In this document: in pieces, positions 1-11,677 of the stretch
Numbering within the stretch: the stretch's first letter is position 1
Layout: each line of letters starts with the position of its first letter
Assembly: GCF_964204645.1 (NCBI RefSeq)
Contig: NC_134030.1
Location: forward strand, 3,886,778-3,950,777
Source: Tubulanus polymorphus
Taxonomy: Eukaryota; Animalia; Nemertea
Direction of reading: 5' to 3'
Length of the DNA: 64,000 nucleotides
Notes under the pieces: model-generated
Told to the model about the DNA's origin: nothing
Seen by the model: only the letters and a program-made list of their open reading frames with translations
Database searches by the model: none
Position numbers and translations under genes: made by a program

Positions 1-1344
1 AGTTGTATCAAAGTATGTGATATAACCTACTAATTTATTACATGAAAAGAGGCTACTTGTAGTTTCTCAGCCACTTCGCAATTATTGTTGCAAAGAGGTC
101 CCAAAATCCGACCAGCACCACCAATAGATTTCTACAGAACAGTTAGTGTTGTAATTTTTGTGGTTCCAGTTTTTTTTTCACTGTCCGAGATAATAGAAAA
201 TTCCTAAATTTTGAGTCCTTCAGTGCTGAAATTCCATTTTATCACAAATTTTAAGTTTCCTAATCTTAACTTTGCAAAAATTTGAACTTTTCCTATTCTA
301 TTTCTTGTCAAAGATTTCATTCCAGTTCTCAAAATTATTTGCAGTTTTTTAATGTCTGCGAAATATCGTCAGTTATTTTCCTGGTTTCATATTTATTATT
401 GCCCAAAATCATATCTCATATGAATAATTATTACTATTATTGGATTTTTTTTGCTGATTGATTATAGATCTTTTGGGGTTTGGTTTGATATTATGATTGA
501 TCAAGGTGATCCATCTAAAACTGTTTCATAAATTTTTAAATATTCATATTTGAAAACAATTTCGTTGATACTTCTAAACTAGTAATTCTACAAAAATTCT
601 AAAAACAATTTTACACGTATCTTACGACTATTCTAGAAATGAGAATTATATCAATTTTAATGTAACTATTTTATCTGAATTTTTAATCTATTAAAGTAAC
701 TATTTTATATCTGAATTTTGAAATACCTATGATATCTAAAAACTATTTATCTGAATTTTAATCTATTAAGGTAACTATTTTATATCTGAATTTTAAAATA
801 CCTATGATATCGAAAAACTATTTTATCTGAATATTATACTATTTAATTTGTGTGTATTTTATCTCAAAGTATCTTTAAACTATTTTATTTGTATGTATAT
901 AAAAAAAATATTTCATTCGTGTATATTTTAAAACTATTTAATTTGTACATATTCTTTTAGAACAATGTTTTTTTTGTATTATAATACTAGCTAAAAGTTC
1001 AATTTGATGAAATATTTTATATTTGACTATCACTGTGTATATTCTAACCTCAGTGATTTCATGAATGGAATAACTGAAGGTCCAGGTTTTATCACTGAAT
1101 ACTCTTTGACACAATTACGTGGTCCACAACACAGATATAAATAGTGGTTATATAAAAGGCCCATGTTGTATATAATGCACGCATAAAGAGCTTTTACTCA
1201 TAGTTGATATAGGCTCAGTAAACATGACATGTGTTCGAGAACTTTTTCTCGTACTTTTTTTACCTTTTTTCTTGAGAATTTTTTTTTTCAATTTTCTATT
1301 TTACAACGGAAGATCTACTCATTTTTCGTAGATGTTTCACTATC

Positions 1345-1828
1345 ATGGAATGCGATAAATAATAAGAAACAGTCCGAGTGTATTTTTGATAGGATATTTT
1401 CAGCTTTCCGACGTATGAAATTGACGTAGGTTATTTAAGTCTAGGTTCAGAAAATCACTACTAGGTGGCATGTCAGATTATTACCGTAGTTCAATTACAT
1501 CAAATGAATATGATAACATAACCACTTGTAGTACGAACAGTAACAATAAACTTAATTTTCCTGCACAAGATACAGAAAGTAGTAAAAGTCCAATACTATT
1601 TCTGAATTAGAATTTCCTCTAGCCTAAATGCTAGCGGTCATGTTATCATTTTTATCCAACGTCGTCACGGCTTTTTCAAAACTCGTCTTTGATCGTAATG
1701 ATAATCTATAGTATTTTTGGAAATGATATAGATCAACACAAATTTGATGTCATCATAACAAAATATGTCGCTGAAAACATCGTATGAAAAATACACTCCG
1801 ATTGTTTTTTTTATTTATTTCGTTCCAT
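1345..1828. mobile_element. Putative MITE/non-autonomous DNA element with ~60-bp imperfect terminal inverted repeats (copy 2: 35542-36022)
   Basis: ATGGAATGCGATAAATAATAAGAAACAGTCCGAGTGTATTTTTGATAGGATATTTTCAGC (from 1345) matches the reverse complement of 1768-1828, ATGGAACGAAATAAATAAAAAAAAACAATCGGAGTGTATTTTTCATACGATGTTTTCAGC. Confidence 0.55.
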
Positions 1829-2256
1829 ACAAAACCGTACTCAGCTCCACAGTTTGATTCGGATACAAGACTTACAAGAATTTAGATACATAAAATTACA
1901 TAACTGTTGAACTGGGTTTTGTTAAGTTGTGAGCATGACGTTTATAATTCACTAGTGTGTTTGTTTTAAGTTAGCCTTATCTTAAATTAGTTAGATTTGG
2001 TTTAGTTATTTGTATCAATTTTTGCTGTTTGAATTTAATTCGTTCCAGTTGATTTAAATCTAGTTTAGTTTAAGTTTTAGTTAGTTTAGGTCAAGTTGAT
2101 TTACTAAATGCAGTTAACTTAAAACCTCTGATAAACTGAGGGTCAATTTATCTTATGATAAGTTACACTCAGGTACATTATTAATCAATAATCCCGTTTA
2201 AGATCTCATTATTTTATGCAGTTTAGAGATTTTCACTGAATAGAATAGTAACAATA

Positions 2257-3295
2257 GAACTGAGGATAAATTCATCATTGTTGAAATTACTCTCAAGATC
2301 ATCATTAAAACAATCAATGAACTGAGGGTAAATTCATCATCGTTGAAATTACTCTCAGGATCATCATTAAAACAATGAATGAACTGAGGGTAAATTCATC
2401 ATTGTTGAAATTACTCTCAGGATCATCACTAAAAAAATGAATGATCTGAGGGTAAATTCATCATTGTTGAAATTACTCTCAGGATCATCATTAAAACAAT
2501 GAATGAACTGAGGGTAAATTCATCATTGTTGAAATTACTCTCAGAATCATCATTAAAACAATGAATGAACTGAGGGTAAATTCATCATTGTTGAAATTAC
2601 TCTCAGGATCATCATTAAAACAATGAATGAACTGAGGGTAAATTCATCATTGTTGAAATTACTCTCAGCATCATCATTAAAACAATGAATGAACTGAGGG
2701 TAAATTCATCATTGTTGAAATTACTCTCAGGATCATCATAAAAACAATGAATGAAATGAGGGTAAATTTATCATGGTTGAAATTACTCTCAGGATCATCA
2801 TTAAAACAATGAATGAACTGAGGGTAAATTCATCATTGTTGAAATTACTCTCAGGATCATCATAAAAACAATGAATGAACTGAGGGTAAATTTATCATGG
2901 TTGAAATTACTCTCAGGATCATCATTAAAACAATGAATGAACTGAGGGTAAATTTATCATGGTTGAAATTACTCTCGGGATCATCATTAAAACAATGAAT
3001 GAACTGAGGGTAAATTTATCATGGTTGAAATTACTCTCAGGATCATCATTAAAACAATGAATGAACTGAGGGTAAATTTATCATGGTTGAAATTACTCTC
3101 AGGATCATCATTAAAACAATGAATGAACTGAGGGTAAATTTATCATTGTTGAAATTACTCTCAGGATCATCATTAAAACAATGAATGAACTAAGGGTAAA
3201 TTTATCATGGTTGAAATTACTCTCAGGATCATCATTAAAACAATGAATGAACTGAGGGTAAATTCATCATTGTTGAAATTGCTCTCAGTTCATTG
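2257..3295 (+). repeat. 62-bp tandem satellite, 17 units, each with a stem-loop
   Basis: Monomer GAACTGAGGGTAAATTCATCATTGTTGAAATTACTCTCAGGATCATCATTAAAACAATGAAT, with starts at 2257, 2319 ... 3249. Confidence 0.95.
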
Positions 3296-3795
3296 AAAAT
3301 ATTTTAGCGTTAACACCAGTTTTAATTACCCCTCCCCCTGTTTTCTTGTTAATTGATAGTTACATCACAAGTTATAGAATAGATGATTGGGTTTTTTTGG
3401 GACCTAAGTGTGTTCACTTTTTATCTGTAATTTGTCTGTTTTGGAAGCGCTTCAATGGATTGTCCTGAGATTTTGGTTTATGCACATATCTACCCTAGAC
3501 ACGCATCTGCAGCCCAAAACTGACAGAGAATCAAGATAGCTGACTGGTAGCCATCATGGGAATAGAATTATATACAATGTTTTCATCAGTTTTGGTACCT
3601 ACGCATTTTATTGCAATCAATTGAAAATTTCTAGCATTGGTTTTTGTTGTGTTTACCAAGGGCATTGAATATTGAAATTGTCAGATTCTCAAGCATTGCA
3701 CAGAGTGGGCATGGTGTCCCTGCACCCTTTGTTTTTTTATTTTCTCACCGCTTTCAAGGTTCTCGTACACATTTCATGCAGCTTTTTCATTCAAT

Positions 3796-4163
3796 ATCGA
3801 TGTCATCCTCACTTGCCAGGTTTTAATTGTCATCTGCCGAAGCCCATGCCAACACGATCCTTGGCCGCAAACTCTTCATTGGTCTCTTACATTGCTCAAG
3901 ATTTCCTGGTTAGACAGGTTACCACTGAGCGGCCACCAGTCTATGTATTAAGTGAATCGGATGCGTTGTTTTTCGCCGGCAGTCTTGCAGCTGGCATCTG
4001 ATTGACTGGATATATAGACTGGTGGCCGCTTAGCAGCAACCTGTCGACCCGAGAGATCTTGGACAAAACATAATGGTCCAATGAAGGGTTTGCGTGCAGG
4101 GTTTGTGTTAGCGTGAGTGCCGGTGGGCGGCAATAAAACCCTGGTGATTGAGGATGTATCGAT
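3796..4163 (+). ncRNA. Long imperfect inverted repeat / candidate hairpin RNA (~170-bp arms, ~29-nt loop)
   Basis: 3796-3964 aligns to the reverse complement of 3994-4163, e.g. CAAGATTTCCTGGTTAGACAGGTTACCACTGAGCGGCCACCAGTCTATG vs CAAGATCTCTCGGGTCGACAGGTTGCTGCTAAGCGGCCACCAGTCTATA. The fold-back is directly visible; transcription is inferred. Confidence 0.5.
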
Positions 4164-5299
4164 GTACATATCAACGTATGAATAGCCAAACATTATAGGC
4201 GGCATTATTATTGGGAGGTTCACCTGGCCTTATATACTGCGCGGTAAAAAAACCACTCTTTCTGTGGTTGTGTAGTACCAGTAATTGATGATCATCGAGT
4301 GAGTGATTGGCCTGGCCCAGTTATTCCAATTGGAAATCACTTTGGTTTTGATTATGATTGGTATAAAATATTTCATCAAATCGATTGACACATTTTATCC
4401 GTACTAACACTACTTGTACATATTGTAAAGTTGTAAATAGCTTTTTATTTATATTTCTTTTATTTTATTGTTTTATATTCTTTTCTTTTATTTTATATTA
4501 TATTTCTTTTTAGATTTTTAATTGATTTCGATTTTCTAATTGTAAATATTTTTTAGATATCCTTTTAACTTTGGATTTTTAATGATTATTTAAACTTTTT
4601 AAAAGTAATTTTAAAACTTTTTAATTTTCTTAACATCATAATGTCTATACATCGAATAGGACTATTTTAGTGAAAATTTTGATATAGATTTAATTGATGA
4701 TTAATATTTTTAATTTTATTGAATAATTTTAGTATTCAAAACAACAGAATGAATGCATTCCATCTTAGTTTGATACTGATATTTCTTTTCACTGGTTTTT
4801 CATTGACTAATGTCGAATCTATTGTTTTAGCCACATTTGTACCTATAAGTTTGGATTAGCCCTGCCTCCTTGACATTGCTGATGGTTGATTTCAGATTTT
4901 CAGCGTCTGATTACATTTGGTATTAATTCAATGCTACATTCTGTTTTGTTGGTTTTATTTCATATGAACATTTTTAAAGATGACCTTTGTCGAATACTTA
5001 GTAGTGCAGAGGTTAAAATAATTATAGAATTTTATAGAATTGTCTAAAATACTGTACCTAGTAACATATGAGTAGTGTTGCTAGTGTACCTCTATTTACA
5101 AGTTGTCCGTGGTACGATGTAAAACTGCCTCTTTTAAACAATACGTTTTAGCAATACATTTTATCAGTGATTTTTATCTGTTTGTCCTGTGGTATGACGT
5201 TAAACTGCCTCTTTTTAACAGTTTTTATCATTTTTTATCGTTTTTACCCATATGTTTTATTGTTTTTACCCATATGTTTTATCATTTTTATCACCCCTT

Positions 5300-5850
5300 C
5301 TTTTTCTACCTGTCTCTATTCTATCCCTTTCTGTCTCTATCCTATCCCTCTCTGTCTCTATCCTTTCCCTCTCTGTCTCTATCCTTTCCCTCTCTCTATC
5401 CTTTCCCTCTTCTATCTAACCCACTAACTCTCTCTTCTTCTCTCTCTAACCCACTAACTCTCTCCTCTCCTTTCTTCCTCTCACCACTCTCCTTCCTACT
5501 CCCTCCTCTCTCTCTTCTCTCTCCCTCCTCACTCTCCTTTATCTCTCTTTCTTTTCTCTCTCCCTCTCTCTCTTGTAAATATTGTAAATTTGTAAATAGT
5601 AGTATTTATTTCTCTTTTTGTATCTTTCTTGTAAATATTGTAAATTTGTAAATAGTGGTTTTTATTTCTCCTTTTTTAACTTTCTTGTAAATATTGTACA
5701 TTTGTAAATAGTAGTTTTTATTTCTCTCTCTTTTTTTAACTTTCTTGTAAATGTTGTAAATTTGTAAATATTAGTTTTTATTTCTTTTTTTTAACTTTCT
5801 TGTAAATTTGTAAATAGTAGTTTTTATTTCTCTTTCTTTTCTAAACTGTC
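5300..5850 (+). repeat. CT-rich low-complexity tract followed by AT-rich TTGTAAAT repeats (copy 2 ~39215-39820)
   Basis: Pyrimidine runs (CTCTCT, CTCTGTCTCTATCCT), then ~55-60-bp repeats of TTTCTTGTAAATATTGTAAATTTGTAAATAGTAG. Confidence 0.85.
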
Positions 5851-6302
5851 TCTTTTAAACAATACGTTTTATCAATAGATTTTATCAGCGATTTTTATCT
5901 GTTTTGTCCTGTGGTATGACGTTAAACTGCCTCTTTTAAACATACGTTTTATCAATACATTTTATCAGTAATTTTTAAATACATTCGTAGCATTGATACC
6001 ATTGCAATACATTAGTCCCTCCTCCTTTTGATTAAGTACACCCAATCATTTACTAACAAGTGATGGTTAAATACACTTGCAAACTAGCAGATCAGAGATC
6101 TCAGGACGCAACATCACTTCAATCCTTATTTCTTGACATATACCTGGTAATATAAAATGCTCTTTTTAGCTTGTGACAAAATGTCTTTGATATAAGAAGC
6201 TACTATTTGCTTAACTAGAATCTTCTTTCAAATATTATAATATCACTGGTTTGCAATATACTTAACCCTCATTGGTCGCAGCTGTTACAATCATCTCAAC
6301 AA

Positions 6303-7800
6303 CGATTGAGCATACTTTCCCCTTATTAGTTTGAAGTATAATTCCCCCTCACTGGTTGCAGTTCACTTCATTTGTTGCAGCTATGAACAGTTCACTTCAT
6401 TTGTTGCAGCTATGAACAATCATCTCAATGATTGAGCATACTTTCTCCTCATTAGTTTGAGATATAATTCCCCCTCACTGGTTGCAGTTCACTTTAGTTG
6501 TTGCAGCTATGAACAATCATCTCAATGATTGAGCATACTTTCTCCTCACCGGTTTGCAGTATAATTCCCTCTCACTGGTTGCAGTTCACTATTGGTTGCA
6601 GCTATGAACAATCATCTCAATGATTGAGCATACTTTCTCCTCACCGGTTTGCAGTATAATTCCCCCTCACTGGTTGCAGTTCACTTTATTTGTTGCAGCT
6701 ATGAACAATCATCTCAATGATTGAGCATACTTTCTCCTCACCGGTTTGCAGTATAATTCCCCCTCACTGGTTGCAGTTCACTATTGGTTGCAGCTATGAA
6801 CAATCATATCAATGATTGAGCATACTTTCTCCTCATTAGTTTGAGGTATAATTCCCCCTCACTGGTTGCAGTTCACTTTATTGGTTGCAGCTATGAACAA
6901 TCATGTCAATGATTGAGCATACTTTCTCCTCACTGGTTTGAAGTATAATTTCCCCTCACTGGTTGCAGTTCACTTTATTTGTTGCAGCTATGAACAATCA
7001 TCTCAATGATTGAGCATACTTTCTCCTCATTAGTTTGAGGTATAATTCCCCCTCACTGGTTGCAGTTCACTTTATTTGTTGCAGCTATGAACAATCATCT
7101 CAATGATTGAGCATACTTTCTCCTCACCGGTTTGCAGTATAATTCCCCCTCACTGGTTGCAGTTCACTATTGGTTGCAGCTATGAACAATCATATCAATG
7201 ATTGAGCATACTTTCTCCTCATTAGTTTGAGGTATAATTCCCCCTCACTGGTTGCAGTTCACTTTATTTGTTGCAGCTATGAACAATCATCTCAATGATT
7301 GAGCATACTTTCTCCTCACCGGTTTGAAGTATAATTCCCCCTCACTGGTTCCAGTTCACCTCACTGGTTGCAGTTCACTTTAGTTGTTGCAGCTATGAAC
7401 AATCATCTCAATGATTGAGCATACTTTCTCCTCACTGGTTTGAAGTATAATTCCCCCTCACTGGTTGCAGTTCACCTCATTTGTTGCAGCTATGAACAAT
7501 CATCTCAATGATTGAGCATACTTTCTCCTCATTAGTTTGAGGTATAATTCCCCCTCACTGGTTGCAGTTCACTTTATTGGTTGCAGCTATGAACAATCAT
7601 GTCAATGATTGAGCATACTTTCTCCTCACCGGTTTGCAGTATGATTCCCCCTCACTGGCTGCAGTTCACTTTATTTGTTGCAGCTATGAACAATCATCTC
7701 AATGATTGAGCATACTTTCTCCTTATTAGTTCGCAATATAATTCCCCCTCACTGGTTGCAGTTCACTTTATTGGTTGCAGCTATGAACAATCATCTCGGC
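6303..7800 (+). repeat. 97-bp (94-bp variant) tandem satellite, ~15 units
   Basis: Monomer TGATTGAGCATACTTTCTCCTCATTAGTTTGAGGTATAATTCCCCCTCACTGGTTGCAGTTCACTTTATTTGTTGCAGCTATGAACAATCATCTCAA. Confidence 0.95.
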
Positions 7801-8679
7801 ATACTTTCCCCTCGCTGGTTCATTGGTTGCAGTTTTCAGCTTTGGTTTGATGATGATGAATGCTGGTTTTGTAAACAGGTCTACGCGAGCAGTTGTCAAA
7901 ATGTTGAAGTCTTTGCCAGACTTGGGTTTGATCTCTCTAAGAAAAAGCTAAAAGGGTTTCGATTAGAATACAGCACCTAATATTAAAAGTCTAGAAAAGA
8001 CTGATTTACATTTGTAAAAACGCTGTGAAAGGTGTATCGCTAGATTTCTCACATGACTCCTCTCTCTCCTCTGACAAATAAGTAAGACACAAATCTTTTG
8101 TTGACTGCTGAATCAATTGATAGTAGTGAAAGTTTAGTGTTCAGATACAATGAAAGTGTGAAGTTGAGTTTTAAACGTTATGTTAGGTAGGTGTACATGC
8201 CTCCTCTCTCTCTCTCTCGCCTCTCCTCTCTCTCATAAACAATTAAATAAGACACTCAATTGTTTGTATACATTTAGTTTTTTGCTGTGGTTTTCTCAAT
8301 AGAAAAGTTTGAACTGCTCATTGATTGCAGCTCATTTCAAACTATGATAAAAGTGAGGTAAAAGTGGGTGAATTACTGCTAAATCAATTGGTAGTGATGA
8401 AAGTTAAGTGTTAAAAACACTGTGAGTGAATTAATTACTGCTTAATCAATTAGTAGTGATGAAAGTTAAGTGTTAAAAACACTCTGGGTGAATTACTGCT
8501 AAATCCATTGGTGGTGATGGAAATTAAGTGTTACAAAACACTGTGACTAAATTACTGCTAAATCAACCTGACCTTCTTGAATTGTCAAGTAGAACTGTGA
8601 GGTACAAGGAATTGGCAGTGACTTACAACACTGATAGCTGCCTTATTCAAATACTGCTCGTTGCTGCTGTGTGTTTTTG

Positions 8680-11655
8680 ATTTAGAGGTGATATTGAGAA
8701 TTGTATCTCTTTCCCTTACCTTCGCGTATTACTACATTAAACATTATTACAATAGAATTATTACATTAAACATTATAACATCATGAATCATTACATAATT
8801 ACATTATCAAATTACACTGATGACCTCCTTTAATACTGCTGTTTGCTGGTGGTGTTAATTGATACACTCCGTTATGGGGTGATATTGAGTGCAGGAGTCT
8901 CCTCCTTCCTTCTTCAACTGTCATGTAGAAACGTGACAAACGGACTGAATTATCAGTGTGTTACATCACTGATGACCTCCTTTAATATTGCTGCTTGCTG
9001 CTGGGTGTTAATTCTTTGATTTAGAGGTGATATTGAGAATTGTATCTCTTTCCCTTACCTTCTTGAATTATTACATTAAACATTATTACAATAGAATTAT
9101 TACATTAAACATTATAACATCATGAATCATTACATAATTACATTATTAAATTACACTGATGACCTCCTTTAATACTGCTGCTTGCTGCTGGGTGTTAATT
9201 GATACACTCCGTTATGGGGTGATATTGAGTGCAGGAGTCTCCTCCTTCCTTCTTCAACTGTCATGTAGAAACTTGACATACGGACTGAATTATCAGTGTG
9301 TTACATCACTGATGACCTCCTTTAATACTGCTGTTTGCTGCTGGGTGTTAATTGATACACTCTGTTTTGGGATGATAATGAGTTAAGGAGTCTCCTCCTT
9401 CCTTCTTCAACTGTCATGTAGAAACGTGACAAACGAACTGAATTATCAGTGTGTTACATCACTGATGACCTCCTTTAATACTGCTGCTTGCTGCTGGGTG
9501 TTAATTCTTTGATTTAGAGGTGATATTGAGAATTGTTTCTCTTTCCCTTACCTTCTTGAATTATTACATTAAACATTATTACAATAGAATTATTACATTA
9601 AACATTATAACATCATGAATCATCCTCCTTAAATACTGCTGCTTGCTGCTGGGTGTTAATTGATACACTCTGTTTTGGGGTGATATTGGGTGCAGGAGTC
9701 TCCCCCTTCCTTCTTCAACTGCTATGTAGAAACGTGACAAACGAACTGAATAATCAGTGTGTTACAACACTGATGACCTCCTTTAATACTGCTGCTTGCT
9801 GCTGGGTGTTAATTGATACACTCAGTTTTGGGGTGATATTGGGTGCAGGAGTCTCCTCCTTCCTTCTTCAACTGTCATGTAGCAGTTTGACAAACGGACT
9901 GAATTATCAGTGTGTTACATCACTGATGACCTCCTTTAATACTGCTGTTTGCTGCTGGGTGTTAATTGATACACTCCGTTATGGGGTGATATTGAGTGCA
10001 GGAGTCTCCTCCTTCCTTCTTCAACTGTCATGTAGAAACGTGACAAACGAACTGTATCATCAGTGTGTTACATCACTGATGACCTCCTTCAATACTGCTG
10101 CTTGCTGCTGGGTGTTAATTGATACACTCTGTTTTGGGGTGATATTGAGCGCAGGAGTCTCCTCCTTCCTCCTTCAACTGTCATGTAGAAACGTGACAAA
10201 CGAACTGAATTATCAGTGTGTTACATCACTGATGACCTCCTTTAATACTGCTGCTTGCTGCTGGGTGTTAATTCTTTGATTTAGAGGTGATATTGAGAAT
10301 TGTTTCTCTTTCCCTTACCTTCTTGAATTATTACATTCAACATTATTACAATAGAATTATTACATTAAATATTATAACATCATGAATCATCCTCCTTAAA
10401 TACTGCTGCTTGCTGCTGGGTGTTAATTGATACACTCTGTTTTGGGGTGATATTGAGTTCAGGAGTCTCCTCCTTCCTTCATCAACTGTCATGTAGAAAC
10501 GTGACAAACGGACTGAATTATCAGTGTGTTACAACACTGATGACCTCCTTCAATACTGCTGCTTGCTGCTGGGTGTTAATTCTTTGATTTAAAGGTGATA
10601 TTGAGAATTGTTTCTCTTTCCCTTACCTTCTTGAATTATTACATTAAACATTATTACAATAGAATTATTACATTAAACATTATAACATCATGAATCATTA
10701 CATAATTACATTATCAAATTACACTGATGACCTCCTTTTATACTGCTGCTTGCTGCTGGGTGTTAATTGATACACTCCGTTATGGGGTGATATTGAGTGC
10801 AGGAGTCTCCTCCTTCCTTCTTCAACTGTCATGTAGAAACTTGACATACGGACTGAATTATCAGTGTGTTATCACTGATGACCTCCTTCAATACTGCTGC
10901 TTGCTGCTGGGTGTTAATTGATACACTCAGTTTTGGGGTGATATTGGGTGCAGGAGTCTCCTCCTTCCTTCTTCAACTGTCATGTAGCGGTTTGACAAAC
11001 GGACTGAATTATCAGTGTGTTACATCACTGATGACCTCCTTCAATACTGCCGCTTGCTGCTGGGTGTTAATTGATACACTCCGTTATGGGGTGATATTGA
11101 GTGCAGGAGTCTCCTCCTTCCTTCTTCAACTGTCATGTAGAAACTTGACATACGGACTGAATTATCAGTGTGTTACATCACTGATGACCTCCTTCAATAC
11201 TGCTGCTTGCTGCTGGGTGTTAATTGATACACTTCGTTTTGGGGTGATATTGAGCGCAGGAGTCTCCTCCTTCCTCCTTCAACTCTCATGTAGAAACGTG
11301 ACAAACGGACTGAATTGTAAGTGTGTTACAACACTGATGGCCTCCTTTAATACTGCTGCTTGCTGCTGGGTGTTAATTGATACACTCTGTTTTGGGGTGA
11401 TATTGAGTGCAGGAGTCTCCTCCTTCCTTCGTCAACTGTCATGTAGAAACGTGACAAACGGACTGAATTGTCAGTGTGTTACATCACTGATGACCTCCTT
11501 TAATACTGCTGCTTGCTGCTGGGTGTTAATTGATACACTCTGTTTTGGGGTGATATTGAGTTAAGGAGTCTCCTCCTTCCCTCTTCAACTGTCATGTAGA
11601 AACGTGACAAACGAACTGAATTATCAGTGTGTTACAACACTGATGACCTCCTTTA
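8680..11655 (+). repeat. 141-bp satellite with interspersed AT-rich variant unit (higher-order repeat)
   Basis: A-unit ACTGCTGCTTGCTGCTGGGTGTTAATTGATACACTC...CAGTGTGTTACATCACTGATGACCTCC is interrupted by B-unit TTCTTTGATTTAGAGGTGATATTGAGAATTG...CATTATAACATCATGAATC. Confidence 0.95.
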
Positions 11656-11677
11656 ATTTTAAATTTGAATTCTAAAT

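Noticed and set aside
2257-3295. CRISPR-like palindromic repeat array
   Set aside because: The 'spacers' are identical, there are no cas genes, and the context is eukaryotic.
5103-5651. 182-aa F/L/S-rich ORF
   Set aside because: It is a translation of a pyrimidine low-complexity tract.
8960-9290. Hammerhead ribozyme in the 141-bp satellite (CTGATGA ... GAAA)
   Set aside because: The bases after CTGATGA do not pair with those before GAAA, so stem II cannot close, and GAAA sits in the loop of a different hairpin.
9159-11564. Long Cys-rich ORFs (MTSFNTAACCWVLIDTL...) here and at 42383-45532
   Set aside because: They are a by-product of the 141-bp (47-codon) period. They are broken by B units, TAA variants and 1-nt indels, and have no consistent start or splice structure.
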